From Oscillospiraceae bacterium (GTDB lineage: Bacteria > Bacillota > Clostridia > Oscillospirales > Acutalibacteraceae): a stretch of DNA of 37,390 nucleotides. This document shows, in pieces, positions 8,932 through 18,032 of this stretch. Numbering within the stretch: the first letter of the stretch is position 1; each line of letters starts with the position of its first letter. The DNA lies in NCBI GenBank assembly GCA_022508705.1, contig JAFLUO010000001.1:1-37390 (forward strand). Direction: 5' to 3'. Under the pieces are notes generated by a model that searched no databases, was not told the origin of the DNA, and saw only the letters and a list, made by a program, of their open reading frames with translations. The position numbers and the translations under genes were made by a program.

Positions 8932-9540
8932 TTATTTTGAAATTCTTTTCTTGCACCATGATTTTTTATGGCACTCGGGGCATTTCATATATCTTGTTCT
9001 GTTAACGTGCATAGCCCAAAAAACTTGATTGAACGTAGGCACAAATTTATGATGGCATTTTTGACATTCATAATATCCTGCTACTTGTTCTATTCGTATA
9101 GCATACATAATGCCGATAGCAAACTGAACAATACCGATAGTAATCAATAAAATTTTTAAAGGTGTCGGGATATTAACAAATGATGCCGTAAATATACAAA
9201 CAAGCATAATAACTGTTATAAGCACACCAAGAAATATTTCTACCGATAATAGTTCTTTGTCTCTTTGCTCTTTCATTCTTGTCATTTCAAGTATAATTTC
9301 TTCAGCTTTTTTGTTGTAGTTTTCCATATCAATTCTCTCTCCTGTAAGTAATTCATTAACATTGATGCCGAGTATTTCGCAAAGGGGAAGCATCGTTGAT
9401 GAATCGGGCAACGATATACCTCTTTCCCATTTTGAAACTGCTCTGTCGGTAATGTTCAGCTTCTCAGCTAAGGCGGATTGCGTAAGCCCCTTTTCTTTTC
9501 TTAATTGAGAAATAAACATACCAATTTTGATTTGATCCAT
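8932..9540 (-). CDS. Membrane-tethered XRE-family HTH regulator with 2 TM helices and a C-terminal CxxC...CxxC zinc ribbon
   Basis: AAAGGAGG RBS upstream of the ATG. N-terminal HTH_3 motif (LRKEKGLTQSALAEKLNITDRAVSKWERG). TM segments VEIFLGVLITVIMLVCIF and LKILLITIGIVQFAIGIMYAI. Zinc-ribbon tail YECQKCHHKF...MKCPECHKK. Confidence 0.85.
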   Translation of the reverse strand: MDQIKIGMFISQLRKEKGLTQSALAEKLNITDRAVSKWERGISLPDSSTMLPLCEILGINVNELLTGERIDMENYNKKAEEIILEMTRMKEQRDKELLSVEIFLGVLITVIMLVCIFTASFVNIPTPLKILLITIGIVQFAIGIMYAIRIEQVAGYYECQKCHHKFVPTFNQVFWAMHVNRTRYMKCPECHKKSWCKKRISK

Positions 9541-9679
9541 TGTTATCCTCCTTTCATTTATAAGAATATCAAAAAATCAGTACAAAATACACATACCAAA
9601 GGTTGAGTTTGAGAGAATTTTATAAAAATACAGCAAAACTGTAAATTGATTTTAAAATTAAACTTAAAAATTATATATT

Positions 9680-10456
9680 TTATCCCAATGCAACGTCTAA
9701 AGCCATCATAAGCGAGAATCCAAGCATAAACATTAAATTGCCGCTCACGAAGTGTCGCCCTTCGCTGATTTCAGGAACAAGCTCTTTCACAACCACATAT
9801 ATCATAGCGCCTGCCGCAAATGCAAGCAGATACGGTAAAACGGGGATAACAAGCGCCGAAAGAAGAATGGTAAGCAGTCCTGCTAAAGGCTCAACTGCAC
9901 CTGAAAGGAAGCCGTAAAAAAATGCTTTGCCTTTACTCATACCGCGGGCGGCTAAGGGCATGGAAATTATTGCACCCTCAGGCAGATTTTGTATGGCTAT
10001 TCCCATTGCTAAAACAAAAGCGGCTGAAAAAGCGACGTTTTCTTTGCAGGAAATTGCATTGGCATAGACCGCGCCGACCGCCATTCCCTCAGGGATGTTG
10101 TGAAGCACAACTGCAAGAACGAGCATTGTAGTTTTCCTGAAATAAGAACTTTCGTGACTTTCTGTGCTTTTTTGTATTTTTTCTGTTACTCTATCTATAA
10201 GCATAAGAGAAATCATTCCTATGCAAAAACCCGCTACGGCGGGGAAAAATGCCAATTTCCCTAAATGCTGTGACTGTTCAATTGACGGGATAAGTAAACT
10301 CCAAACAGATGCAGCAACCATTACTCCTGCCGCAAAGCCCATTAAACTTTTTTGAAGGTTACTGCTGAAACATTTTTTCATAAACAAAACGCACGCGGCT
10401 CCCAAGGCTGTTCCGAAAAGCGGAACAAGAAGCCCCTGTACGGTTAAAAGTGTCAT
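9680..10456 (-). CDS. ZIP-family divalent metal (zinc) transporter, ZupT/GufA-like
   Basis: 258-aa polytopic protein carrying the two ZIP signature segments VLHNIPEGMAVG and IAIQNLPEGAIIS. GGAGG RBS upstream. Confidence 0.9.
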   Translation of the reverse strand: MTLLTVQGLLVPLFGTALGAACVLFMKKCFSSNLQKSLMGFAAGVMVAASVWSLLIPSIEQSQHLGKLAFFPAVAGFCIGMISLMLIDRVTEKIQKSTESHESSYFRKTTMLVLAVVLHNIPEGMAVGAVYANAISCKENVAFSAAFVLAMGIAIQNLPEGAIISMPLAARGMSKGKAFFYGFLSGAVEPLAGLLTILLSALVIPVLPYLLAFAAGAMIYVVVKELVPEISEGRHFVSGNLMFMLGFSLMMALDVALG

Positions 10457-10541
10457 AATTATTCCTCCGATAATTTAATCCACTTTTATGTTATGCCAAT
10501 TTATTCCAGTCCGTTACCTGATAGAAATCACAGTATATTTT

Positions 10542-10574
10542 AAAACAGCCTCGGAGAATTCACAAGGCTGTTTT
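10542..10574 (-). terminator. Rho-independent terminator after the 332-aa XRE gene
   Basis: Arms aaaacagcc and ggctgtttt, extendable into the loop, with A/T runs on both sides. It lies 23 nt downstream of the stop codon at 10597. Confidence 0.55.
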
Positions 10575-10596
10575 AATACAACGAAGGAACATTTAT

Positions 10597-11595
10597 TTAA
10601 TTGTTTTTCTGATGAACAAGCTTTAAAATTGCAACAAGTGCAGAAAAAAGAACACCTGCTATGGGCCAAACTATCCACGTTATTCCCCACTTGTTTGTAA
10701 TAAAGCTCCATGTAAGGTACCCTGCCAGAACAACAGTCCAATAAATTGTTTCAATCGGATCTAAATATGCTTTTTCTTTTTTTTGCTTTGCAGAATAATC
10801 GTTTTCCTGTAAAAGCTTTTTGAATCCGCCTGAGATTATGCTTGTTCGTACAATCAAATTTACACCTGCGGCGACAATACACAGGAGAAGACTCACCGAA
10901 GCGGTAAGAATATACGCCTTATCTTCAAAAAAGATTGCCAGCGAAATAAGCGGAATAACGCTTAATATGCAAAGCATAACGCCTAATGATAAGCGTGCTG
11001 AGTGTGTGGGAGCGTAGTTTTTTTGTTTTTCTTTAACCATACCCGTAACACCGTAAGCAGTTTCAAAAACTTCTTTTTCAAGGAATTCATATTCCTGATT
11101 TTTTGACGAGCTTGATATGAATAAAAATACTGCAATCGCAACTAATACAAGCAAAGCTACAAGACCTAAAGCTACACAAAGGTTTTCTGAACTGCTGTTG
11201 TATTCAATAAATCCTGCAAGGAAAATTAAAAGTGCAGGGGAAATAATACAAAGTGAAACGCCAAGAGCGGTTAAAGATGCGGTTTTTTCCTGAATTTTTA
11301 AAAATTCATCGGCTTCGTTCAGCGTAACGGTTCGGAAATCGGAGCTGTCAGCTTCAGGATTTTTGGAATAGCTTTCAGGTAAAGCATTTTCCGGTTCAAA
11401 TTCATCTTTAAGCAGATAATCAGTCGACACACCGAAAATCTCTGCCATTTTTAATATTCTTTGTAAATCAGGAACAGCCTGCGCGCCTTCCCATTTTGAA
11501 ATTGACTGTCTTGAAACTCCCAGCATTCCTGCAAGCTCTTCCTGAGACCACCCGTTCTTTTTCCTTTCGTTGATTATTTTGTCAGCTAAAATCAT
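10597..11595 (-). CDS. Membrane-tethered XRE-family HTH regulator with about 6 TM helices
   Basis: GGAGG RBS upstream. N-terminal HTH (RKKNGWSQEELAGMLGVSRQSISKWEG) followed by six hydrophobic segments, for example LGVSLCIISPALLIFLAGFI, LGLVALLVLVAIAVFLFI and ITWIVWPIAGVLFSALVAIL. Confidence 0.85.
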   Translation of the reverse strand: MILADKIINERKKNGWSQEELAGMLGVSRQSISKWEGAQAVPDLQRILKMAEIFGVSTDYLLKDEFEPENALPESYSKNPEADSSDFRTVTLNEADEFLKIQEKTASLTALGVSLCIISPALLIFLAGFIEYNSSSENLCVALGLVALLVLVAIAVFLFISSSSKNQEYEFLEKEVFETAYGVTGMVKEKQKNYAPTHSARLSLGVMLCILSVIPLISLAIFFEDKAYILTASVSLLLCIVAAGVNLIVRTSIISGGFKKLLQENDYSAKQKKEKAYLDPIETIYWTVVLAGYLTWSFITNKWGITWIVWPIAGVLFSALVAILKLVHQKNN

Positions 11596-11713
11596 AAATT
11601 CATCCTCCGATGCAAAATTTTATGACAAAATTGTAGCGCTTTAAAGGGTTGCAGTCTACCAACTGCGGTTGGCAATTTGTCAATTCACCGTTGCATTTTA
11701 AGTATTTTTGATT

Positions 11714-12226
11714 TTATATATAGCTTACGGTTTCACAAAGGTCTTTACGGCTTGTGTGATTGGGAAGCGGACCCGCATCAACTGCTGCAAAACCTAAGTC
11801 CATTAACATAAGTATTTCCTGCGTTTCAGGAAGACCTAAACTTTCTTTTAGCTCTTCCGGATTAAAATTGTTTATCCAACAACTGTCAACGCCAATATCG
11901 GCGGCCGCCAAAATCATCTGCGTTGCAACAATAGTCGCATCTTCAACTCCCGAATCACGGGTTGAGCGTGGGTAATTGTAAGCTCCGTTTTTATCAAATG
12001 CAACAACCAAAACCGTGCCTGCATTGTAGCGACAGGGGGTAGCGGTGTCAATTTTTTCTAAAGCTTCATCACTTTGAACTACATATATGCGTTGTTCTTG
12101 TGAGTTTTTTGCAGTGGGGGCAAGCCGCCCTGCTTCAAGAATGTAATTTAACTGTTCATCACTTATCTTTCGACCGTCGTATTTTTTGCAAGAGTAACGC
12201 ATTTTTAAAACTTGCGAAAATTCCAT
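11714..12226 (-). CDS. Nitroreductase-family protein
   Basis: 170 aa. The N-terminus MRYSCKKYDGRKISDEQLNYILEAGRLAPTAKNSQ is typical of the NAD(P)H-flavin nitroreductase fold. AGGAG RBS upstream. Confidence 0.8.
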   Translation of the reverse strand: MEFSQVLKMRYSCKKYDGRKISDEQLNYILEAGRLAPTAKNSQEQRIYVVQSDEALEKIDTATPCRYNAGTVLVVAFDKNGAYNYPRSTRDSGVEDATIVATQMILAAADIGVDSCWINNFNPEELKESLGLPETQEILMLMDLGFAAVDAGPLPNHTSRKDLCETVSYI

Positions 12227-12290
12227 TAAATCATCTCCTAAATTTACTGCACTTATTCTATCATATATTTTGTCTTTTGAAAATAAAAAA

Positions 12291-12323
12291 ATCAGCCCTC
12301 ATAAAATGAAGACTGATTTTTTT
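12291..12323. terminator. Probable bidirectional terminator at the end of the ior operon
   Basis: Imperfect hairpin with arms atcagccctcat and atgaagactgat, flanked by an A7 run upstream and a T6 run downstream. Confidence 0.4.
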
Positions 12324-12342
12324 AGTTTTAAATTAGATTTTC

Positions 12343-12762
12343 TCAGATAGACATATTTTCAAGCACGGAAATACCCTTGCTTTTAAGAACTCTTTCAGCG
12401 GCGTCATTGTCATCAACGCGGAGAACAACATAAGCGCCCAAAGCGGTTGAAGCGGTGAACGCATACATATATTCAATGTTGATGTTTTCATAACTGAAAT
12501 CTTCCAAAATGCTTGATAATGCGCCTGCCTTGTCGCTCATTTCAGCGGCAATAACGGGTGTAACGGTAACAATGCAGTCACTTTCCAGAACATCTTTCGC
12601 CTTGTCGGTATCTGATACGATTAAGCGGAGAATGCCAAAATCCTTTGTATCGGCAATGCTCATTGCACGGATGTTGATTTGTTCTGATGATAAAGCTTTT
12701 ACAATGTCTAAAAGTTTGCCGGGTTTGTTTTCAACAAATACAGATAACTGATTTATAGCCAT
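12343..12762 (-). CDS. ACT-domain (amino-acid-binding) protein
   Basis: 139 aa made of two ACT-like halves (LSVFVENKPGKLLDIVKALSSEQINIRAMS and a second half beginning MSDKAGALSSILE). AAGGAG RBS upstream. It lies 15 nt downstream of the PaaK-type gene. Confidence 0.8.
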   Translation of the reverse strand: MAINQLSVFVENKPGKLLDIVKALSSEQINIRAMSIADTKDFGILRLIVSDTDKAKDVLESDCIVTVTPVIAAEMSDKAGALSSILEDFSYENINIEYMYAFTASTALGAYVVLRVDDNDAAERVLKSKGISVLENMSI

Positions 12763-12777
12763 AGTTTTACTCCTTTT

Positions 12778-14088
12778 TTAATCATGAAGCTTACGCTTAT
12801 CAATTACTCTTACTGCCTTGCCTTCACTGCGGACAACTGATTTAGGCGGTACTAAGTGTACCTTCGGGCCAATACCCAGCATTGTACGCATTGCGCTTTC
12901 CAAAGCCTTTTCCCTTGCCTGAGTATCGCTTACCTTGTCAGAGAACTGTTCGGTGGTAAGCTCAATGTTTATGTCAATAGTATCGGTGTTGTTTACTCTG
13001 TCAACGATAATCTGATAGTTAGGCGTATAACCCTCGTTAAGAAGAACGGTTTCTATCTGGCTGGGGAATACGTTAACACCTCTGATAATAAGCATATCGT
13101 CACTTCTGCCCATAGGTTTGCTCATTTTAACGTGAGTTCTGCCGCAGGAGCATTTTTTACGGGTAAGAACGCATATATCTCTTGTTCTGTAACGAAGGAG
13201 CGGGAAAGCCTCCTTGTCAAGAGAGGTGAATACAAGCTCGCCCTTTGAGCCTTCGGGAAGAACCTCACCTGTGTCAGGGTCAATGATTTCCGCATAGAAA
13301 TGATCTTCGTTTATGTGCATACCTGTCTGCTCACTGCATTCAAAGGATACGCCTGGACCGCTGGTTTCGGTAAGTCCGTAAATGTCGTATGCCTTAATGC
13401 CAAGGCTCTTTTCGATGCTTCTTCTCATTTCCTCAGTCCAGGGCTCAGCACCGAAAATACCTGCCTTTAATTTGTTATCCTCAGGCTTATAGCCTGCTTC
13501 TGCAAGGGATTCACCAATGTATGCGGCATATGAAGGAGTACAGCAAAGAATGGTAGAGCCGAGATCCATCATAAACTGAATTTGGCGCTCTGTATTACCT
13601 GATGACATCGGGAGAGTAAGGCAACCTACCTTGTGAGAGCCGCCGTTAAGACCCGGACCGCCTGTGAAAAGTCCGTAGCCGTAGCAAACCTGACAAACAT
13701 CTTCGTTTGTGCCGCCTGCGGCAACAATAGCACGGGCACAGCAGTCCTCCCAAATGTCAATATCCTCTTGGGTGTAGAAAGCAACAACTCTTTTACCTGT
13801 TGTGCCTGATGTTGACTGGATACGAACGCAGTTTTTAAGGTCTGTGCCGAGAAGCCCATAAGGGTAAGCGTCACGAAGGTCAGCTTTTGTTAAGAAGGGG
13901 AGCTTCTTAATGTCGTCAACACTCTTAATATCGTCAGGTGTAACACCTTTTTCATCCATTAGCTTTCTGTAATAAGGCACATTGTCATATACGTGACGAA
14001 CCTGCTTTACAATTTTTTCATTTTGAATTTCCAGGATTTTTTCCCTTGATGCGGTTTCGATTTCGGGTTGATAATAGTTTTGTGCCAT
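12778..14088 (-). CDS. Phenylacetate--CoA ligase family protein (PaaK-type AMP-forming arylacetate ligase)
   Basis: 436 aa with the adenylation motif QSTSGTTGKRVV and the overall PaaK layout (YYRKLMDEKGVTPDDIKSVDDIKKLPFLTKADLRD). AAGGAGAG RBS upstream. Confidence 0.9.
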   Translation of the reverse strand: MAQNYYQPEIETASREKILEIQNEKIVKQVRHVYDNVPYYRKLMDEKGVTPDDIKSVDDIKKLPFLTKADLRDAYPYGLLGTDLKNCVRIQSTSGTTGKRVVAFYTQEDIDIWEDCCARAIVAAGGTNEDVCQVCYGYGLFTGGPGLNGGSHKVGCLTLPMSSGNTERQIQFMMDLGSTILCCTPSYAAYIGESLAEAGYKPEDNKLKAGIFGAEPWTEEMRRSIEKSLGIKAYDIYGLTETSGPGVSFECSEQTGMHINEDHFYAEIIDPDTGEVLPEGSKGELVFTSLDKEAFPLLRYRTRDICVLTRKKCSCGRTHVKMSKPMGRSDDMLIIRGVNVFPSQIETVLLNEGYTPNYQIIVDRVNNTDTIDINIELTTEQFSDKVSDTQAREKALESAMRTMLGIGPKVHLVPPKSVVRSEGKAVRVIDKRKLHD

Positions 14089-14100
14089 AATCTCTCTCCT

Positions 14101-14673
14101 TTATACATTATAGCCTAACTCAAAGGCCTTTTTATTTATCTCAACAAACTGCGGTTTAACGATTTTTTCAATAGCCGCAATCCATTTTTCATAAGGGATA
14201 TCGAAATATTTAGCAACTCTGCCCATAAGAACTATGTTAACGCTTTTTGCGTTGCCTGCCTGCTTTGCAAGGTCAAGCGCGTCAATAGCATCAACAAAAA
14301 CACCTTTTGATTTAATTTCATCAATTATATCGTGCGGATATTCCGCCGCACCCGTAATAACGGGCATGGGGTCGATTTCCTGAGTGTTTACAATGATTTT
14401 ACCGTCTTTTTTAAGGCAGGCAAGGTGTCTTGCCGCTTCAATTTTTTCAAATGAAACGATAACGTCTGCCTCGCCCTCGGAAATAACGGGGGAATAAACC
14501 TTGTCGCCGAAACGGACATACGTTACAACCGAACCGCCTCTTTGGCTCATACCGTGAACTTCGCTTACCTTTACGTCATACCCCTCGTCTGTAAGCAGAG
14601 AGCCTAAAAGCTTACTTGCCAAAAGGCTTCCCTGACCGCCTACGCCGACAATCATAATGTTCTTGGTACTCAT
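14101..14673 (-). CDS. iorB: Indolepyruvate:ferredoxin oxidoreductase, beta subunit
   Basis: 190 aa. The N-terminus IMIVGVGGQGSLLASKLLG is typical of the IorB / 2-oxoacid oxidoreductase gamma-type domain. The ATG directly abuts the iorA stop codon (TAAATG). Confidence 0.9.
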   Translation of the reverse strand: MSTKNIMIVGVGGQGSLLASKLLGSLLTDEGYDVKVSEVHGMSQRGGSVVTYVRFGDKVYSPVISEGEADVIVSFEKIEAARHLACLKKDGKIIVNTQEIDPMPVITGAAEYPHDIIDEIKSKGVFVDAIDALDLAKQAGNAKSVNIVLMGRVAKYFDIPYEKWIAAIEKIVKPQFVEINKKAFELGYNV

Positions 14674-16419
14674 TTATCTGTCCCCCTTGTCAATTGCATC
14701 AAACTTGCACATCTGCGTGCATACGTCACAGCCTACGCACTGGGTAAAGTCAATATGTGCCTTTTTATTCTTTATGCTGATAGCAGGGCAACCGATCTTC
14801 ATGCACATTTTACAGCCCACGCATTTGTCCTCATTTACCGTAACGGGCGGCTTTGCCTTAACGTATTTAAGAAGCATACACGGTCTTCTTGAAATGATTA
14901 CCGACGGCGCTTCAACTGCAAGCTCTTCAAGGATAGCGTCTTCACATTCTTTAAGGTTATACGGGTCAACAACTCTTACCCTTTCAATTCCTATTGAACG
15001 GCAAAGATCTTCAAGATTAACTGCGGCGGCAGGCTCACCCTTTATGTTGTAGCCAGTCGTCGGGTTCTGCTGATGTCCTGTCATACCCGTAATGGAGTTG
15101 TCAAGGATAATAACAGTTGAGTTTGAAGCGTTATAAGCAATATTTACAAGCCCCGTAATACCTGAGTGCATAAATGTTGAGTCACCGATAACGCAAACAG
15201 TTTTCTTTTCGCTGTCTTCTCCGCCCGCCTTGTTAAATCCGTGAAGACCTGAAACAGATGCACCCATGCAAAGAGTTGAATCAAGAGCAAACAGCGGTGC
15301 GGCACTGCCCAGAGTATAGCAACCAATATCACCGAGAGCTGTGATTTTATGCTTTGCAAGCGTGTAGAAAAGTCCACGGTGGGGGCAGCCTGCACACATA
15401 ACGGGCGGACGGACGGGGATAGGCGTATCGGTTACAGTATTTTCGGGAACGGGAATACCGAATGCCTTACGAATAGTATTTTGATTAAATTCACCCAGTA
15501 TGGAGAACATTTCCTTGCCGATACATTTTACACCGATATTATTGAGATGTGTTTCAATAATCGGGTCAAGCTCTTCAATAACGTAAAGCTTTTTAACGCC
15601 TGCGGCAAAATCTTTTATTAAATGGGTGGGCAGGGGATTAACAAGACCCAGCTTTAATACTGAAACGCTGTCACCGAAAACCTCTTTAACATACTGGTAG
15701 CAAGTACCTGAGCAGATAATGCCTATTTCGCTGTCTGCTTTCTCAACGCGGTTTAAAAAACTCGTTTCACCGAGCTTAGAAAGAAGCTTTGTTCGTTCTT
15801 CAACAAACGGGTGGCGCTTAACGGCGTTTGCAGGCGCCATTATGTATTTCTGCGGATTTTTTTCATACGGGGGCAAATCTAATTCTTCTCTTTCGCAAAG
15901 CTCGACACTTCCTTGAGAATGCGCAATTCTTGTGCACATACGGACAATAACGGGAGTGTCGTATTCTTCTGAAATCCGATAAGCCTCTTTAACAAAATCC
16001 TTTGCCTCTGCCGAATCAGCGGGCTCTAACATCGGAACCTTTGCGGCAATGGCGTAGTGGCGTGAATCCTGCTCGTTCTGTGAAGAATGCATTGCAGGGT
16101 CGTCAGCTACAAACAAGACCATACCGCCGTTAACTCCTGTGTATGAAAGCGTGAATAACGGGTCAGCGGCAACGTTAAGACCAACGTGTTTCATAGCGCA
16201 TGCGCTTCTGACACCCCTGAGCGACGCGCCGAAGGCAACCTCTGCGGCAACCTTTTCATTGGGCGCCCATTCACAGTATATTTCATCATATTTTGCGGCA
16301 AATTCCGTGATTTCGGTTGAAGGTGTGCCGGGGTAGCTTGAAACTACCTTAACACCTGCTTCGTAAAGACCGCGGGCAATTGCTTCATTGCCAAGCATTA
16401 GTTTTTTCAAAATTATCAC
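14674..16419 (-). CDS. iorA: Indolepyruvate:ferredoxin oxidoreductase, alpha subunit
   Basis: 581 aa with a TPP-binding region (GDSTFMHSGITGL) and two C-terminal 4Fe-4S motifs (CVGCKMCMKIGCP and CVGCDVCTQMC). The start is ambiguous. The track uses GTG at 16419. An in-frame TTG at 16410 sits behind AAGGTGA and would give MKKLMLGNEAIARG. Confidence 0.9.
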   Translation of the reverse strand: MIILKKLMLGNEAIARGLYEAGVKVVSSYPGTPSTEITEFAAKYDEIYCEWAPNEKVAAEVAFGASLRGVRSACAMKHVGLNVAADPLFTLSYTGVNGGMVLFVADDPAMHSSQNEQDSRHYAIAAKVPMLEPADSAEAKDFVKEAYRISEEYDTPVIVRMCTRIAHSQGSVELCEREELDLPPYEKNPQKYIMAPANAVKRHPFVEERTKLLSKLGETSFLNRVEKADSEIGIICSGTCYQYVKEVFGDSVSVLKLGLVNPLPTHLIKDFAAGVKKLYVIEELDPIIETHLNNIGVKCIGKEMFSILGEFNQNTIRKAFGIPVPENTVTDTPIPVRPPVMCAGCPHRGLFYTLAKHKITALGDIGCYTLGSAAPLFALDSTLCMGASVSGLHGFNKAGGEDSEKKTVCVIGDSTFMHSGITGLVNIAYNASNSTVIILDNSITGMTGHQQNPTTGYNIKGEPAAAVNLEDLCRSIGIERVRVVDPYNLKECEDAILEELAVEAPSVIISRRPCMLLKYVKAKPPVTVNEDKCVGCKMCMKIGCPAISIKNKKAHIDFTQCVGCDVCTQMCKFDAIDKGDR

Positions 16420-16429
16420 CTTTTATGTT

Positions 16430-17998
16430 TTATTTACCGAGACTGTCTGTAATTTCAACTGTTGTAGTGCTGTTATAGCATTCAAACATTTTGTCTGCAT
16501 CTTTCGGAAGCGTTTTCTGAGTAAGAAGACTTACTATCGGAACGATAATCAAACCGCCAACCATTGCAAATACGCCGGAGTAAAGTGAGTTTGTGAATAC
16601 GAATGAAAGGAATGAGCCGTCAGCGAATTTGAATGCACCAAGGGAGATGCAAAGCTGAATAATCTCAAGACCTACGCCGTAAATGAATGAAACGATAACA
16701 GCCGCCTTAGTTGTCTTTTTATAGTAAAGACCGTAAAGGAATGGGGCTAAGAAAGCGCCTGCAAGTGCGCCCCAGGAAACGCCCATCATCTGAGCAATAA
16801 ACAAGCTCTTGCTCTTCGCCTGCTTAATTGCAATAACAGCGGAAATTACAATGAATACAACTATTAAAGCTCTCATTATAAGCATTTTATTTTTTTCGTT
16901 AAGCGGCTTTTTGCGCATGGGAGCAATAAGATCAAGGGTAACCGTTGAACCGCTTGTGAGAACCAGGGAAGAAAGAGTTGACATTGATGCTGAAAGAACG
17001 AGTACGATAACCACTGCAATAATAACGGGGGAAAGAGTTGAAAGCATTACGGGGATAACTGCGTCAAAGCCGTTTGCTTTTACGTCAATGTCGTAAAGTC
17101 TGCCGAATCCGCCGAGGAAGTAGCATCCGCCTGCAACAATAATTGCAAAAAGAGTTGAAATAACAGTGCCTTTTTTTATTGAGTCTTCATTTTTTATGGC
17201 ATAGAACTTGCCGACCATCTGCGGAAGACCCCAAGTGCCGAGCGATGTCAGAAGAACTACGAAAAGCAGGAACACGGGGTTGGGCCCTAAGAATGAAGAG
17301 TAAGCTCCGAGCCAGCCTGCATCGCCGCTGGTTGCCGCAAGTGATTTTGTAGCTTCAAGAAGACCGCCATTGTCATGAAGAACTGCAAGAATAACGGCAA
17401 CAATACCGCCAAGCATAATAAGACCCTGAATAAAGTCGTTAATAGCAGTTGCCATATATCCGCCGATAAGAACGTAAATACCTGTAAGCACGGACATTAC
17501 GATAACGCATACAGAATAGTCAATGCCGTTGTATGCCATTGAGAAAAGTCTTGAGAGACCGTTGAAAAGCGATGCTGTGTAAGGAATAAGGAATACGAAG
17601 GTAATTATTGAAGCCGCAATTTTAAGACCCTTTGACTTAAATCTTTCACCGAAGAATTCGGGCATTGTTTTTGAGCCTAAATGCTGAGTCATAATTCTTG
17701 TTCTTCTGCCGAGAACGCTCCAAGCAAGAAGAGAGCCTATAAATGCGTTTCCAAGTCCTATCCAGGTGGAGGCAAGACCGAAATTCCAACCGAACTGGCC
17801 TGCGTAACCTACAAATATAACGGCTGAAAAATAAGATGTGCCGTATGCAAATGCGCTGAGCCACGGACCAACTGAACGCGAGCCGAGAACAAAGCCGTTA
17901 ACGTCTGTTGCGTGCTTGCGTGAACGCACACCAATGCAAATCATAAGCGCAAAAAAGCACACGATAAGTACGGTAGTAATAATCATTGCTGAATTCAT
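16430..17998 (-). CDS. Sodium:solute symporter (SSS) family transporter
   Basis: 522 aa with about 13 TM segments. N-terminal SSS-like pattern (FVLGSRSVGPWLSAFAYGTSYFSAVIFVGYAG). AAGGAG RBS upstream. The stop codon is 10 nt before the iorA start. Confidence 0.88.
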   Translation of the reverse strand: MNSAMIITTVLIVCFFALMICIGVRSRKHATDVNGFVLGSRSVGPWLSAFAYGTSYFSAVIFVGYAGQFGWNFGLASTWIGLGNAFIGSLLAWSVLGRRTRIMTQHLGSKTMPEFFGERFKSKGLKIAASIITFVFLIPYTASLFNGLSRLFSMAYNGIDYSVCVIVMSVLTGIYVLIGGYMATAINDFIQGLIMLGGIVAVILAVLHDNGGLLEATKSLAATSGDAGWLGAYSSFLGPNPVFLLFVVLLTSLGTWGLPQMVGKFYAIKNEDSIKKGTVISTLFAIIVAGGCYFLGGFGRLYDIDVKANGFDAVIPVMLSTLSPVIIAVVIVLVLSASMSTLSSLVLTSGSTVTLDLIAPMRKKPLNEKNKMLIMRALIVVFIVISAVIAIKQAKSKSLFIAQMMGVSWGALAGAFLAPFLYGLYYKKTTKAAVIVSFIYGVGLEIIQLCISLGAFKFADGSFLSFVFTNSLYSGVFAMVGGLIIVPIVSLLTQKTLPKDADKMFECYNSTTTVEITDSLGK

Positions 17999-18032
17999 TT
18001 TTCATTCTCCTTAAAAAAATATTTGAACGCTG

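Noticed and set aside
10457-10541. Zur/Fur-type operator upstream of the ZIP transporter
   Set aside because: I found no AT-rich 7-1-7 or 9-1-9 palindrome resembling Firmicute Zur boxes by eye. A matrix scan would be needed to exclude one.
10488-10741. ORFs 10488-10700 (+) and 10514-10741 (-) spanning the gap between the ZIP and XRE genes
   Set aside because: They overlap the 3' end of the 332-aa XRE gene and its terminator hairpin. They have no RBS and Cys/Phe-rich nonsense-like sequence.
11630-11690. Short inverted repeat ccaactgcggttgg upstream of the 332-aa XRE gene, considered as an operator
   Set aside because: It has only 5-bp arms. It sits in a 19-nt spacer of a mediocre TTGACA/TAGACT pair and has no second copy, so the evidence is insufficient.
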